The notes under the pieces were generated by a model. That model did not search any database, had not been told where the DNA came from, and worked only from the letters and a program-made list of their open reading frames with translations. Positions 24,314 to 34,021 of a stretch of 64,000 nucleotides of DNA are shown piece by piece. This DNA is from an uncultured Acidobacteriaceae bacterium (lineage in GTDB: Bacteria; Acidobacteriota; Terriglobia; Terriglobales; Acidobacteriaceae), in assembly GCA_963742455.1 (NCBI GenBank), contig CAVULU010000008.1, positions 10,593 through 74,592 on the forward strand, read 5' to 3'. Each line of letters opens with the position of its first letter. Position 1 is the stretch's first letter. A program made the position numbers and the translations under genes.

Positions 24314-24485
24314 CTGATAAGGCCAACGAAGTGTCAAAAACAAAGGCAGCACTTTTTTCGCGGGGGACTGCGGAGACGGGGCTGCCTTCGATTTGTGCTT
24401 CGCATCGGTTTTGGGATGCAGGAGGCAGTACCATCCCCTATCGATTCACACCGGAAGCCGGAAATTGGACTCTGTTGCGCATCGC

Positions 24486-25223
24486 TCAGGCTGACAGCCC
24501 TTCGACGGTATCGCCCTGAAGCATCTGCGCGTCGGCGAAGCGGTAGCCAACATAAACATCAGTCAGCAGGTAGATGGGGTTGGATGGATCGTCTTCAATC
24601 TTCTTGCGCAGTTGGCGGATGAAGGTGCGCAGATACTCTACCTCTTCGCGGCAATCTGCTCCCCACACCGCGGTGAGCAGTTTGGCGTAGGAAACGACGC
24701 GACCGGCTCGGCTCATGAGGCAGTAGAGGATGTCGAACTCCTTGCGCGTGAGATGGACGGCCTGGCCGCGTTTGGTGACGCTGCGCTTGGCAGGATTGAG
24801 GTGGATCTCACCAATCTCGATAGGCGCATCTTCGGCGCGTGCCGGTGCATGCACCCTGCGAACCGCGGTACGAATGCGCGCTATGAGTTCGCGGGTACTG
24901 AAGGGCTTGGTAATGTAGTCATCGGCGCCGAGCTCAAGCGCCTCGACTTTTTCTTCTTCTCCGTCGCGCACCGTAAGCATCAGCACAGGCAGGCGCGGCG
25001 CAAAGGCACGGATACGGCGCAGAGTCTCAATGCCGCCAATGCCAGGCATATTGATGTCGAGAAGAACAACGTCGAATTGGCTGGAATGAAGCAACTGCAG
25101 CGCCTCTTCTCCGCGAGAGGCTTCGCTGAACAGGAATCCAAGTTCTGCGAGCGGCGGCTTGAGTGCGCGGCGAATCGCGGGTTCATCATCAACGATCAGA
25201 ATGCGAATGGCGGGCTGGTTCAT
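24486..25223 (-). CDS. KdpE-like OmpR-family response regulator
   Basis: ILIVDDE, LLDINMPG, GADDYITKPF, winged helix with VWG...EEVEYLRTFIRQLRKKIE.DPSNP.YLLT..YVGYRF. Confidence 0.88.
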   Translation of the reverse strand: MNQPAIRILIVDDEPAIRRALKPPLAELGFLFSEASRGEEALQLLHSSQFDVVLLDINMPGIGGIETLRRIRAFAPRLPVLMLTVRDGEEEKVEALELGADDYITKPFSTRELIARIRTAVRRVHAPARAEDAPIEIGEIHLNPAKRSVTKRGQAVHLTRKEFDILYCLMSRAGRVVSYAKLLTAVWGADCREEVEYLRTFIRQLRKKIEDDPSNPIYLLTDVYVGYRFADAQMLQGDTVEGLSA

Positions 25224-26752
25224 GATTCCCTCTTTCGTGCCTGGGATGGTATGGCCGCATAAAACGTGTTGCCTTCATCGTGGTCGCTGGTGACCCAGAC
25301 GTATCCGTCATGGATGGTCGCGGCACGCTTGGCCACCGACAATCCGATTCCTGTACCGGAGGCACGATTGGATGAAGTGGAAGAGCGATAGTAACGATCG
25401 AAGATGCGCTCACGGTCTGCGATGGGAATGACGGGACCAAAACTGTGCACCGAAAAAATAACTTCGGCCTTCGACTGCACGGCGCGAATGGTAATGGTGG
25501 TGCCGTAGATTGCATATTTACAGGCGTTGTCGATGTATTGCGACAACAACATCGTCATCAGGCGGCGGTCGCAGCAGAGCACCAGGCTGTCATCGGGCAG
25601 ATCGATCGCCACCTTCATCGAGGCGAGCCGATCCCTGAGACTCGCGACGACCTCATCCAGCAGCGACGCGACGCCAACGGGGATGGCGTGGACGGTGACT
25701 TCGCCAGCATCGAGTCGAGCGGTGGTAAGGAGGCGGGTCGTGAGATCGTTCAGCAGGTCGGCCTGCTCATTGATGAGCGACACCAATTCGCTTTGGCCCG
25801 CGGAAAGCTTGCCCATCTCGTTGAGTCCGGTGGAGGCAGCGCGAATGGCTGTGAGCGGAGTTTTGTACTCGTGCGCGAGTGAGTCGAGCACGGTGGAGCG
25901 AAGCTGCTCGGTCTGGCGCTCTGTCTCGATGCGGCTTTCGTTGGCGAAGGCACGATAGCGGTCGAAGGTTACGGCTATCAATGAAGCAATGGCATTGTTT
26001 GTCAGCGGGCTGGTCTCGCCACGGACCACGATGGAACCGATGGGAACGGTGCCGAGCCGAACGACGCGCCGCGCAATGCCGGTTTCGGAATCATCGTCTG
26101 AGGTTTCAAAGTAGTAGACGTTCTGCGCGAGTTCCTGGGGATCGACATTCCAATAGCCAGCCTGGTAAATCTCGTGCAGGTCCGCATCGAAGATCACTAC
26201 TGCCTCGAGGGCGAATATCTCATGCACCAATTCGGCGAGTTGGGCGCCAGGCTCCACATGCAGATTCATTTGCAGTGTGCGCCTTGTGAACTCGTACAGA
26301 TCCTGCATCTGTCCACCCCACGAATCAGTCTCGCGCGCGTGCTCAGTGACACGCGCGGATAGGCGGCTGATGACAAGCGCGGTCAGGATGAAGGCCACGA
26401 GGGTGATGGAGTTCGCCGGATCCGTGGCTGGATTTAATCTGCCCTGGCGCGCCGCGAAGTAGCTTTGCACCGCGACTGCCGAGAGTGAAACAATCACGGC
26501 TTGCCAGAAGCCGCACCAAAGAGCTGTGGGCACGATGATGAGCAAGTAGAGCAGAACAGCGACAGGCAGCAGCCACTGCAGCCAGTGCGCAAAGACTCCT
26601 GCCAATACCACGGAAACAATGCCGAGAGCGCACTCCGTGGAGAACAGGAGCGCCTTCAATCCGGAGCCGCGCGAGCGACGGCCTGCAAACGCGGCGCGGA
26701 GAGGGATGTAGGTTCCTGACAACCGGTCACCGGCCTTTCCGTCGAGTGCCAT
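25220..26752 (-). CDS. KdpD-like sensor histidine kinase (DUF4118 4TM + GAF-like + HisKA + HATPase), N-terminal KdpD/Usp domains absent
   Basis: TM block ending DPANSITLVAFILTALVISRLS, H-box LDSLAHEYKTPLTAI, DNACKY, IFDRYYR, GTGIGLS. 4-nt overlap with the regulator. Confidence 0.85.
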   Translation of the reverse strand: MALDGKAGDRLSGTYIPLRAAFAGRRSRGSGLKALLFSTECALGIVSVVLAGVFAHWLQWLLPVAVLLYLLIIVPTALWCGFWQAVIVSLSAVAVQSYFAARQGRLNPATDPANSITLVAFILTALVISRLSARVTEHARETDSWGGQMQDLYEFTRRTLQMNLHVEPGAQLAELVHEIFALEAVVIFDADLHEIYQAGYWNVDPQELAQNVYYFETSDDDSETGIARRVVRLGTVPIGSIVVRGETSPLTNNAIASLIAVTFDRYRAFANESRIETERQTEQLRSTVLDSLAHEYKTPLTAIRAASTGLNEMGKLSAGQSELVSLINEQADLLNDLTTRLLTTARLDAGEVTVHAIPVGVASLLDEVVASLRDRLASMKVAIDLPDDSLVLCCDRRLMTMLLSQYIDNACKYAIYGTTITIRAVQSKAEVIFSVHSFGPVIPIADRERIFDRYYRSSTSSNRASGTGIGLSVAKRAATIHDGYVWVTSDHDEGNTFYAAIPSQARKRES

Positions 26753-27090
26753 AAGGTCGCTTCACCCTGGCAGTGAAATGGGTACACCTTCAAGTGGCGC
26801 AGACCGTGAGTAACTTGAACCTCTGCGGCTTTGACGCGAAAATATTCTTCCTGAATCCGCGCGCCCATATATGTCGAACTGCGCTGAATTTCAGAGAACT
26901 CCCCACGTGCACCTCTCTTTTTCATAACAAATGGGCTGGCATCGTGCGCGGGAAGATTGTTTCTAGATATTAACAGTTCTTCATTTGATTCTTATGCGCT
27001 GGAGCGTAGTAGAGGCCATCTTGGCGATTCCGAGCTTCGTCAAAGCAGCCCTAATTCAAGCTTTGCCGCGGGATAGAGAGCAAATCGAAA

Positions 27091-27140
27091 TTTAGATTTT
27101 CTTTCGCTAATCCTCATCTGTTCTTTACGGATTCTTTGCA
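27091..27140 (+). promoter_or_regulatory. Candidate KdpE/OmpR-type tandem boxes (TTT-hexamers phased at 11 bp)
   Basis: TTTAGA(27091)-N5-TTTCGC(27102) and TTTACG(27124)-N5-TTTGCA(27135). Same geometry as the E. coli KdpE site TTTATA-N5-TTTACA. Confidence 0.45.
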
Positions 27141-27347
27141 TTACTAATGACTAGCCGCAGTGATTCAAAACATAGAGGAAGCAGCGCTGAACGCGCATGA
27201 CTTCAACATCTTTGCCTTGGCAGAGACGCAATCCCGTTGTGTCTTCCGTGGCGTGACTGAACGGTAGTCCGTATCAAAGAGATTGAGTCAACAACCTCAC
27301 TTCTCATAAAACTATTCGTTTCATACCCGATTTTGTCAGGAGGAATC

Positions 27348-28619
27348 GTGTCGATATCTCTCAAATTGATTCACATCGTTCTCCAATCCTCAGGCGCTGC
27401 GTTACTCGCAACGGCAATTGTTGCCGGCGCTCAAGCTCCGGCAACACCAGCACCTGCCGCAGCACCGGCACCTGCTGTTGCTACAGCAGCGGATGCAACT
27501 CCAGCTGCCGCAGCCGCTCCGACCCCGCTTTCCACATTCGTTCTCACGGGTCCACTGCAATGGCTGCCTCCGGCGACCTTCGATGCAGGACCATTGGGCA
27601 AGCTGAGCGTGAACGGCATTTTAACTGGTTTCTCGCAATTCCAGACCAATCACGTGCCGGGAGATTCCGGTGCGCAAGCCACCCTGAGCAACGGACAGAT
27701 TTTCATCCAAAAGGCAGACGGGAAAGTTCAGTACTTCGTCCAGGCGGGTGTCTACACCATGCAGGCACTTTCGGTACCGTTTACCAGCGCCCAAACTACC
27801 ATGACGAATTTCTACGGGCCTGTTCCAGTTGCATACTTGAAGTTGCCAGTGGGAAAGACGACCCAGTTCCTCATCGGCTCTCTTCCGACGCTGATGGGCG
27901 CGGAGTCCACCTTCACGTACCAGAACTTCAACGTGGAGCGCGGCATCGTCTGGAACCAGGAAAACGCCATCAATCGCGGCGTTCAGGTGAACCAAACGAT
28001 TAACAAATACCTCAGCGCCTCGTTCAGCTGGAACGACGGTTACTATTCCAACCGCTACTCCTGGCTCTCGGGCTCGGTCACCTTTACGAAGGGGCCGCAT
28101 AGCCTGGTGTATGACGGGATGGGGAACCTCGGACAGACCGTCTTTGAGACGGCCGCCACGCCGATACAGAACAACGGCTACATGCACGCGGTGATCTACA
28201 CGTACACCAAGGGTCCGTGGATCATTTCGCCGTACTTCCAATATGGCAACCTGCCGACCAACGCGACAGTGGGCGTTTACAAGGCCACATCCGCTACCGG
28301 CGGCGCGATCAACGTCAGCTACGCCTTCAAGAGCGGATTCTCGCTTCCGGCGCGCGTGGAATACATCTCGAGTTCCGGCAATGCAATCGACGGATCGGTT
28401 AATTTGCTGGGCTTTGGAGCTGGCAGCTCAGGCACTACTTTCACGGCAACGCCCACCTACCAAAAAGGGGGAATGTATGTGCGCGGCGATCTCGCGTGGG
28501 TGCATGCAGGGAGCTACACGCCGGGAAGTGTCTTTGGCACAACAGGAACAGATGGCGATCAGTTTCGAGGCGTACTTGAATTTGGCTTCATCTTTGGCAA
28601 AAACATGATCGAAAAATAG
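27348..28619 (+). CDS. Outer-membrane beta-barrel porin (BBP2/OmpL-like)
   Basis: GTG after AGGAGG; signal peptide and Ala/Pro linker; alternating beta-strands; G..PT..G.ES.F..QN.N motif; LEFGFIF near the C-terminus. Confidence 0.75.
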   Translation: MSISLKLIHIVLQSSGAALLATAIVAGAQAPATPAPAAAPAPAVATAADATPAAAAAPTPLSTFVLTGPLQWLPPATFDAGPLGKLSVNGILTGFSQFQTNHVPGDSGAQATLSNGQIFIQKADGKVQYFVQAGVYTMQALSVPFTSAQTTMTNFYGPVPVAYLKLPVGKTTQFLIGSLPTLMGAESTFTYQNFNVERGIVWNQENAINRGVQVNQTINKYLSASFSWNDGYYSNRYSWLSGSVTFTKGPHSLVYDGMGNLGQTVFETAATPIQNNGYMHAVIYTYTKGPWIISPYFQYGNLPTNATVGVYKATSATGGAINVSYAFKSGFSLPARVEYISSSGNAIDGSVNLLGFGAGSSGTTFTATPTYQKGGMYVRGDLAWVHAGSYTPGSVFGTTGTDGDQFRGVLEFGFIFGKNMIEK

Positions 28620-28639
28620 CCAAACACTTGAGGATTTTC

Positions 28640-28676
28640 CCGTCCTTGCGATGCAATCAACGATTCGCAAGGGCGG
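28640..28676 (+). terminator. Stem-loop between porin and permease (terminator or processing/stability hairpin)
   Basis: CCGTCCTTGCGA / TCGCAAGGGCGG 12-bp stem; no clear U-tract. Confidence 0.45.
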
Positions 28677-28863
28677 CCCTTGAACTGAAGACTCATGCAC
28701 TTAGAAGCCTCGGTTTCCTCATTTCATCTTCATCGATCGCTGCGTAGCATTCACGTAACCCAGAAACCTGAAGCCTCAGTCCGGAGCGCTTTCCGGCGAA
28801 TCTCAAAACATCCCGTAGCTTAAGCCCCGGGAGAAGACCTCAAGAACTTGAATTTCCAGGAGA

Positions 28864-30651
28864 ATGTTCATGGCAGATCAGAAAGCACCACAGATGCAGG
28901 CAACTCTGGGCCTTACCGGGTTGACCAGCAACGCAATGGCGCTGATTGCTCCCGGCGCCTTCCTATGGCTCACGTTCGTCATCCAGGCAGGCACTGGAAC
29001 CACTGCGCCAGCCATGTGGCTGGGCATCTTTGGCGCCCTGTTACTTTGCCTGGCTACCGCGGTCGCCTACGCTGAAATCTCCAAACTCTACCCCGGCACC
29101 GGCTCTAGTTACTATTACGCAGAGCAGGCGCTGCTCTCAAAGGACAAAGCCTTCAGGTATGCGCGCGTAGCCAAATTCATTGTTGGCTGGGGCTCGCATC
29201 TTTACTACTGGGTCTATCCCGGCGTGATGGTGGCGACTACGGGTATTTTCGTCGGATACGTGGTTGGCTTCCTCTATCCCAATTTCATCAGCGGCGGCAA
29301 TCCCGGCCCAGTTTTCATGGGCTTGGTCGCGGTCGTCTTTTCCTTCTTCGTGGCTTGGATCGCGCAGAAGGGCGCCGGCGCTTCGACGGCGGTGAACCTG
29401 GCGATCAATATTGTGCAGATTTCCGCGCTGATCGTTTTCAGCGTGCTTGCCCTTGGCTATCGCGTTAACCATCCTTCCGGATCCACCGGCTTCCAGTACG
29501 ACTCGCAGACGCTCTCCACTTACACCTATCAGTTCGCAACCGACAAGACAGGCGCGACGATTCGCGATGCGAGCGGCAACCCGCAGCCGTTGCTCGACTC
29601 AGCCGGCAAACCGGTGCCCTACGTGATCACGTATCCGACAGCGGACGCGACGGGCAACTTCCTGACCCACGAGAACGCCGCATCGGTCGTGAAACCGCAC
29701 AAATTCAGCTACATGTTCATCCAGGCTACCGTCGCCATTCTGATCCTGGTCGGCTTCGAATCGGTAACATCGATGGGAGGCGAGGCAAAAAACCCAACCA
29801 AACATATACCCATCGCAGTCATTGCGTCGCTATTGATTCAAGGACTGGTGTGTTACCTGATCGAGTATTTTGCGGCGAATTACTTCCTTAACTCGGGTTA
29901 CACGATGCAGACCGCTGTAAGTTCGGCAGCTCCCATCGGTGACATGATGATCATTGTCGGCGATGCGCTGCTTGGCCAGGGCCACGGTAAGTACTTCATG
30001 CTGGCCGAAGCCATCACCGTCTTCCTAGCGCTGATCGGCACCACGCTTGCCTGCATGAACACCGGCGCCCGCGTAACCTACGCAATGGGCAAGGATGACG
30101 AGGCTCCCGAGCATTTCGGTATGCTGCATGCAAAGTCGCTGACACCGCGGACGGCGATCTGGACGCTGGCCGCGATATCAGCAATCATCGGCTGCATCGC
30201 CGTTTCCCTGGTCTTCGCCGATGCCAGCGCACCGACAGATGCCACCATTGCAGCTCTCCCGCACGGCATCCTTTCCAACTTTGGCTATAGTACCCACGAC
30301 AAGTTAGCCGCGCTGCCGAACTCGCTGCTCACCATCACACTCACTTCCAATTTCGGCACATTCATCCTGTATGCGCTTAGTTGCTTCCTGTGCATCGTGG
30401 CGTACAACAAGCGGCCTGACCACAACTTCCTTGTGCACACATTGATTCCCGGTTTTGGACTTCTAGCCAACATCGTTTGCATGGCCTTCTACCTGATCAG
30501 TCCGGTATTTGGCCTGGGAACCTTCAAGGAACCATTGCTGGCGCTGGGCATATCGGCACTGTGGGGCATCTACGGAGCCGTCTACTTCCTGCGCTCATCG
30601 AAGGCAAAGGGCAAATCTGTCCTGCTGGAAACTAAGAACGTGACCACCTAG
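28864..30651 (+). CDS. APC-family (amino acid/polyamine/organocation) permease with large loop insertions
   Basis: TM1 NAMALIAPGAF, AYAEISKLYPGTGSSY, TM6 LVGFES....GGEAKNP.K.IP, CMNTGARVTYAMG; 12-TM pattern. Confidence 0.88.
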   Translation: MFMADQKAPQMQATLGLTGLTSNAMALIAPGAFLWLTFVIQAGTGTTAPAMWLGIFGALLLCLATAVAYAEISKLYPGTGSSYYYAEQALLSKDKAFRYARVAKFIVGWGSHLYYWVYPGVMVATTGIFVGYVVGFLYPNFISGGNPGPVFMGLVAVVFSFFVAWIAQKGAGASTAVNLAINIVQISALIVFSVLALGYRVNHPSGSTGFQYDSQTLSTYTYQFATDKTGATIRDASGNPQPLLDSAGKPVPYVITYPTADATGNFLTHENAASVVKPHKFSYMFIQATVAILILVGFESVTSMGGEAKNPTKHIPIAVIASLLIQGLVCYLIEYFAANYFLNSGYTMQTAVSSAAPIGDMMIIVGDALLGQGHGKYFMLAEAITVFLALIGTTLACMNTGARVTYAMGKDDEAPEHFGMLHAKSLTPRTAIWTLAAISAIIGCIAVSLVFADASAPTDATIAALPHGILSNFGYSTHDKLAALPNSLLTITLTSNFGTFILYALSCFLCIVAYNKRPDHNFLVHTLIPGFGLLANIVCMAFYLISPVFGLGTFKEPLLALGISALWGIYGAVYFLRSSKAKGKSVLLETKNVTT

Positions 30652-30684
30652 GCAGAAAGTCGTCCTTCCTCCACCGAACACAAC

Positions 30685-30745
30685 CACTGGGTGGCATACC
30701 TTCTCAGCTCGATTCTGAAGGCTGCAGATGGGAGACCACCCAGTG
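30685..30745 (+). other. Nested stem-loop in the permease-PP2C spacer
   Basis: CACTGGGTGG / CCACCCAGTG perfect 10-bp outer stem enclosing a CCTTC(T)CAG / CTGAAGG inner stem. Confidence 0.5.
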
Positions 30746-30868
30746 TTCTTGCAAAACCTTAGTCTTTGAACTTCAACAGCATCCTCCATTGCGTTACGCG
30801 CAAGAAGCTTGAAATCACCCTGCGAACAAGGACCCGTTCGTGAGGACCCCAAAAGAGGCTACCGGTCC

Positions 30869-31672
30869 ATGTTGGATGTCGTGTTTGGTCAGGCAAGCGA
30901 TCCCGGCAAGATTCGCACGAACAACGAGGATGCCATGGGATCTTTTGTTCCGAATTCGCGCCACCAGGCTCGTTCCCACGGTTATTTATTCATCGTTGCC
31001 GATGGCGTAGGAGGACTTGACCTGGGCGAAATAGCTTCCTCCACGGCGGTTTCCGTTCTCATTCAGGAGTTTGAAAAGGCGCAGGGCGGGGCCATGCTTA
31101 TCAGCCTGCTGCCTCGGCTCGTGCAGCACGCCAACGCGGCGGTCCACGACCGTACGCTGGCGCCGGAGTTTCGCGGAAAGAAGATGGCGACGACAGCAGT
31201 CGCCTGCGCTCTTCGACACGACCAGGCCATCATCTCTCATGTGGGCGATTCGCGCTGCTATCTCGTACGCAAAGGCGTTGCAAAGCAAATCACTCAAGAC
31301 CATACCTGGGTGAATGAACAGAGAAAAATGGGAGTGATTTCAGCAAGCGATATGGCGACTTCAGATTCGCGTCATGTGCTGATACGCTCTCTTGGACCAG
31401 AGCTGTTTGTTTCGCCCGACACCACGGCGCTCACGATTCAGGCCGGCGACGTCCTGGTGCTCTGTTCCGACGGCTTGCACGACGAAATGCCCGAGGCGAC
31501 CATTGCTTCGATCGTCTCGCAAAACAAACCCGTCGACGAGATTGCACAGGAGCTGGTTGCACGCGCGGTCGAGATTGATGGCAATGACAATACCACGGCG
31601 CAGGTGATTCGCATCCGTTCGGTCGAACAGGTCGGCATGTACCGCGGCCGTCCCTACCGGCTTCCCTCCTGA
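30869..31672 (+). CDS. PP2C-family (PrpC/Stp-like) Ser/Thr protein phosphatase
   Basis: SDPGKIRTNNED, IVADGVGG, HVGDSRCY, TQDH, LCSDGL, DNTT. Confidence 0.92.
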   Translation: MLDVVFGQASDPGKIRTNNEDAMGSFVPNSRHQARSHGYLFIVADGVGGLDLGEIASSTAVSVLIQEFEKAQGGAMLISLLPRLVQHANAAVHDRTLAPEFRGKKMATTAVACALRHDQAIISHVGDSRCYLVRKGVAKQITQDHTWVNEQRKMGVISASDMATSDSRHVLIRSLGPELFVSPDTTALTIQAGDVLVLCSDGLHDEMPEATIASIVSQNKPVDEIAQELVARAVEIDGNDNTTAQVIRIRSVEQVGMYRGRPYRLPS

Positions 31673-31763
31673 ATGACTTCCCCAAGCCTTACGAATTCCT
31701 TAGAGATACGCCGCCAAAGCTCGATAGAGTAGGAGCAGCACAAGCATTGGAGAACGCCGCCCG

Positions 31764-32738
31764 ATGGGCATCCTCGACACCATTGAAACCGGGTCGCAAA
31801 TCGATTCTTACCGCATTGAGGCACCAATAGCGCGAAGCGGCATGGCGTCGATCTTTCGCGCCGTGGACGTTCGCGACAATCGTGTGGTCGCGTTGAAGAT
31901 TCCGCACCCTGACATGGAAGCCGATCCGATCCTCTTCGATCGCTTCAAGCGGGAAGCGGACATCGGTGAGAAGCTCGATCACCCCATGGTGATGCGCGTC
32001 TACGGCGGCGAGAAACGTTCCCGAATCTACATGGTGATGGAGTGGTGCGAGGGCAGACTTTTGCGCGACATCCTCGCCGAAGGCCGCATGCCGCAAGATC
32101 GTGCTATCCATATCGCCATCGAGGTGCTTGATGCACTGGAATACATTCATGAGCAGGGCGTCGTGCACCGCGATCTGAAGCCGGAAAACATCATGGTTGA
32201 CGCCAACGACAACATCAAGCTCATCGACTTCGGCATTGCCGGAGATTCGGCGGCCCGCCGGCTGACCTATGCGAACTTCACCGCGACACTTGGCACCGCG
32301 GATTACATCTCCCCGGAACAAGTAAAAGGCAAGCGGGGAGACGGACGCACGGACATCTATGCTGTGGGCATCATCCTTTACGAGATGCTTACGGGCCGGT
32401 TGCCCTTCTCCGGCTCATCTCCGATGGAAATAATGAATGACCGCCTGTTGAACTATCCTCTGCCTCCCAGGATTGCGGAGCCCTCGATTTCGCCGCAGTT
32501 GCAGGAAGTGCTTTACCGGGCGCTGGAACGCGATCCGCAAAATCGCTATGCGAAGGCGCGCGAGTTTGCACATGATTTGCAGCATCTCGCAGAGGTGGGA
32601 GTGGAAGACCGTATCGAACTACGCGACTGGAACAAGCGGAAATCCCATACATCGCGACAGGTGCTCTACTATGGTGCACTTGCGCTCATTCCGGTTGTGA
32701 TTCTTCTGCTGATGATGCTGGTCGCGCATCACAGGTAA
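31764..32738 (+). CDS. Hanks-type Ser/Thr protein kinase with a single C-terminal TM helix
   Basis: SGMASIF, VALK, HRDLKPEN, DFG, GTADYISPEQ, DIYAVG; hydrophobic tail with essentially no extracellular domain. Confidence 0.92.
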   Translation: MGILDTIETGSQIDSYRIEAPIARSGMASIFRAVDVRDNRVVALKIPHPDMEADPILFDRFKREADIGEKLDHPMVMRVYGGEKRSRIYMVMEWCEGRLLRDILAEGRMPQDRAIHIAIEVLDALEYIHEQGVVHRDLKPENIMVDANDNIKLIDFGIAGDSAARRLTYANFTATLGTADYISPEQVKGKRGDGRTDIYAVGIILYEMLTGRLPFSGSSPMEIMNDRLLNYPLPPRIAEPSISPQLQEVLYRALERDPQNRYAKAREFAHDLQHLAEVGVEDRIELRDWNKRKSHTSRQVLYYGALALIPVVILLLMMLVAHHR

Positions 32739-32844
32739 ACCCAGTGGAAGAACGATTGAAACGCAAATCTTCACGGCGTCTTTATGGGTCAGCCACTACA
32801 TTCTGATCAAAGCCCCCCTCGCCTTTACCGCCATAAGGAGACCC

Positions 32845-33870
32845 ATGACAAAATACAAACTTGAATACATCTGGCTCGACGGCAAGAAACCGATCCCTGA
32901 ACTTCGCGGTAAAACCCAACTCAAATCCTTTGAGAATCCGCCCACTCTTGCCGATCTTCCCCTGTGGGGATTCGACGGCAGTTCCACGATGCAGGCGGAG
33001 GGCAGCAAATCAGACTGCGTGCTGCAGCCCGTGGCCCTCTACCCCGACGCAAGCCGGAAGAATGGGTATATCGTTCTTTGCGAAGTTATGCATCCTGACG
33101 GCACCCCGCATTCCACCAACATGCGCGCGACGATTGAAAATGATCCGGACCTATGGGTCGGTCTTGAGCAAGAATATTTCCTCTACAAAGATGGTCGACC
33201 GCTGGGCTTTCCGAAAGAAGGTCATCCTGCTATCCCCCAGGGGCCGTATTATTGCGGCGTCGGCTACAAATACATGGGCAGTATGGCGCGTCAGATTGTT
33301 GAAGAGCACCTGGAACTCTGCCTCGCCGCGGGCATCAATCATGAAGGGATCAACGCGGAAGTGGCAAAGGGACAGTGGGAATTCCAGATCTTCGCCAAGG
33401 GTTCTGCCAAGGCGGCGGATGATGTCTGGACCGCTCGCTACCTGATGTTGCGTCTCTGTGAGAAATACGAAGTTGACGTCGTGTTGCATTGCAAACCCAT
33501 CAAGGGCGACTGGAATGGATCAGGCATGCACTGCAACTTCTCGACCAAATATCTGCGCGAAGAAGGCGGCAAAGAATACTTCGAAGATCTCATGAAGGCT
33601 TTCGAAAGGTTCATCCCCGAGCACATCGCCGTCTACGGCCCAGACAACCATCTCCGTTTAACGGGTCACCACGAAACACAGTCCATCGATAAGTTCAGCT
33701 ACGGTCTTTCTGATCGCGGGGCTTCGATACGGATGCCGGTCAACTTTATCAAGAACGGCTACAAGGGCTATCTGGAAGATCGCCGCCCGAATTCCGAAGG
33801 CGATCCCTACCAGATCGTCTCTCGCATTCTGAAGACAATCAACAGCGTTGAAATGCCAGTCATGGCCTAG
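32845..33870 (+). CDS. glnII: Glutamine synthetase type II
   Basis: MTKYKLEYIWLDG, WGFDGSST.QAEG, QGPYYCGVG, GINAEV..GQWEFQ, GDWNGSGMH, RLTG.HET, DRGASIR, GYLEDRRP; 341 aa. Confidence 0.92.
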   Translation: MTKYKLEYIWLDGKKPIPELRGKTQLKSFENPPTLADLPLWGFDGSSTMQAEGSKSDCVLQPVALYPDASRKNGYIVLCEVMHPDGTPHSTNMRATIENDPDLWVGLEQEYFLYKDGRPLGFPKEGHPAIPQGPYYCGVGYKYMGSMARQIVEEHLELCLAAGINHEGINAEVAKGQWEFQIFAKGSAKAADDVWTARYLMLRLCEKYEVDVVLHCKPIKGDWNGSGMHCNFSTKYLREEGGKEYFEDLMKAFERFIPEHIAVYGPDNHLRLTGHHETQSIDKFSYGLSDRGASIRMPVNFIKNGYKGYLEDRRPNSEGDPYQIVSRILKTINSVEMPVMA

Positions 33871-33976
33871 ACTTCGAGGAAGGTTTCAAGAGAAAAACGC
33901 GACTTCATTCTCTTGCGCTGACTGAGTCGTTCATGTAACCTGAGTTGTTCTGTCAATGTTTAATCAACAATCAAGG

Positions 33977-34021
33977 GCGCACGAAATTGGGAAGGTTTCC
34001 ACGCTTCTCCATTTCGTGCGC
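33977..34021 (+). other. Long stem-loop between glnII and the glnA-like gene
   Basis: GCGCACGAAAT..GGGAAG / CTTCTCC.ATTTCGTGCGC inverted repeat. Confidence 0.5.

Noticed and set aside
27150-27340. Possible c-di-AMP (ydaO) or glnA riboswitch in the porin leader
   Set aside because: Only an isolated GCTGAA is present; the conserved GGGGA, GGTGAAT and CCCGAACC blocks are not seen.
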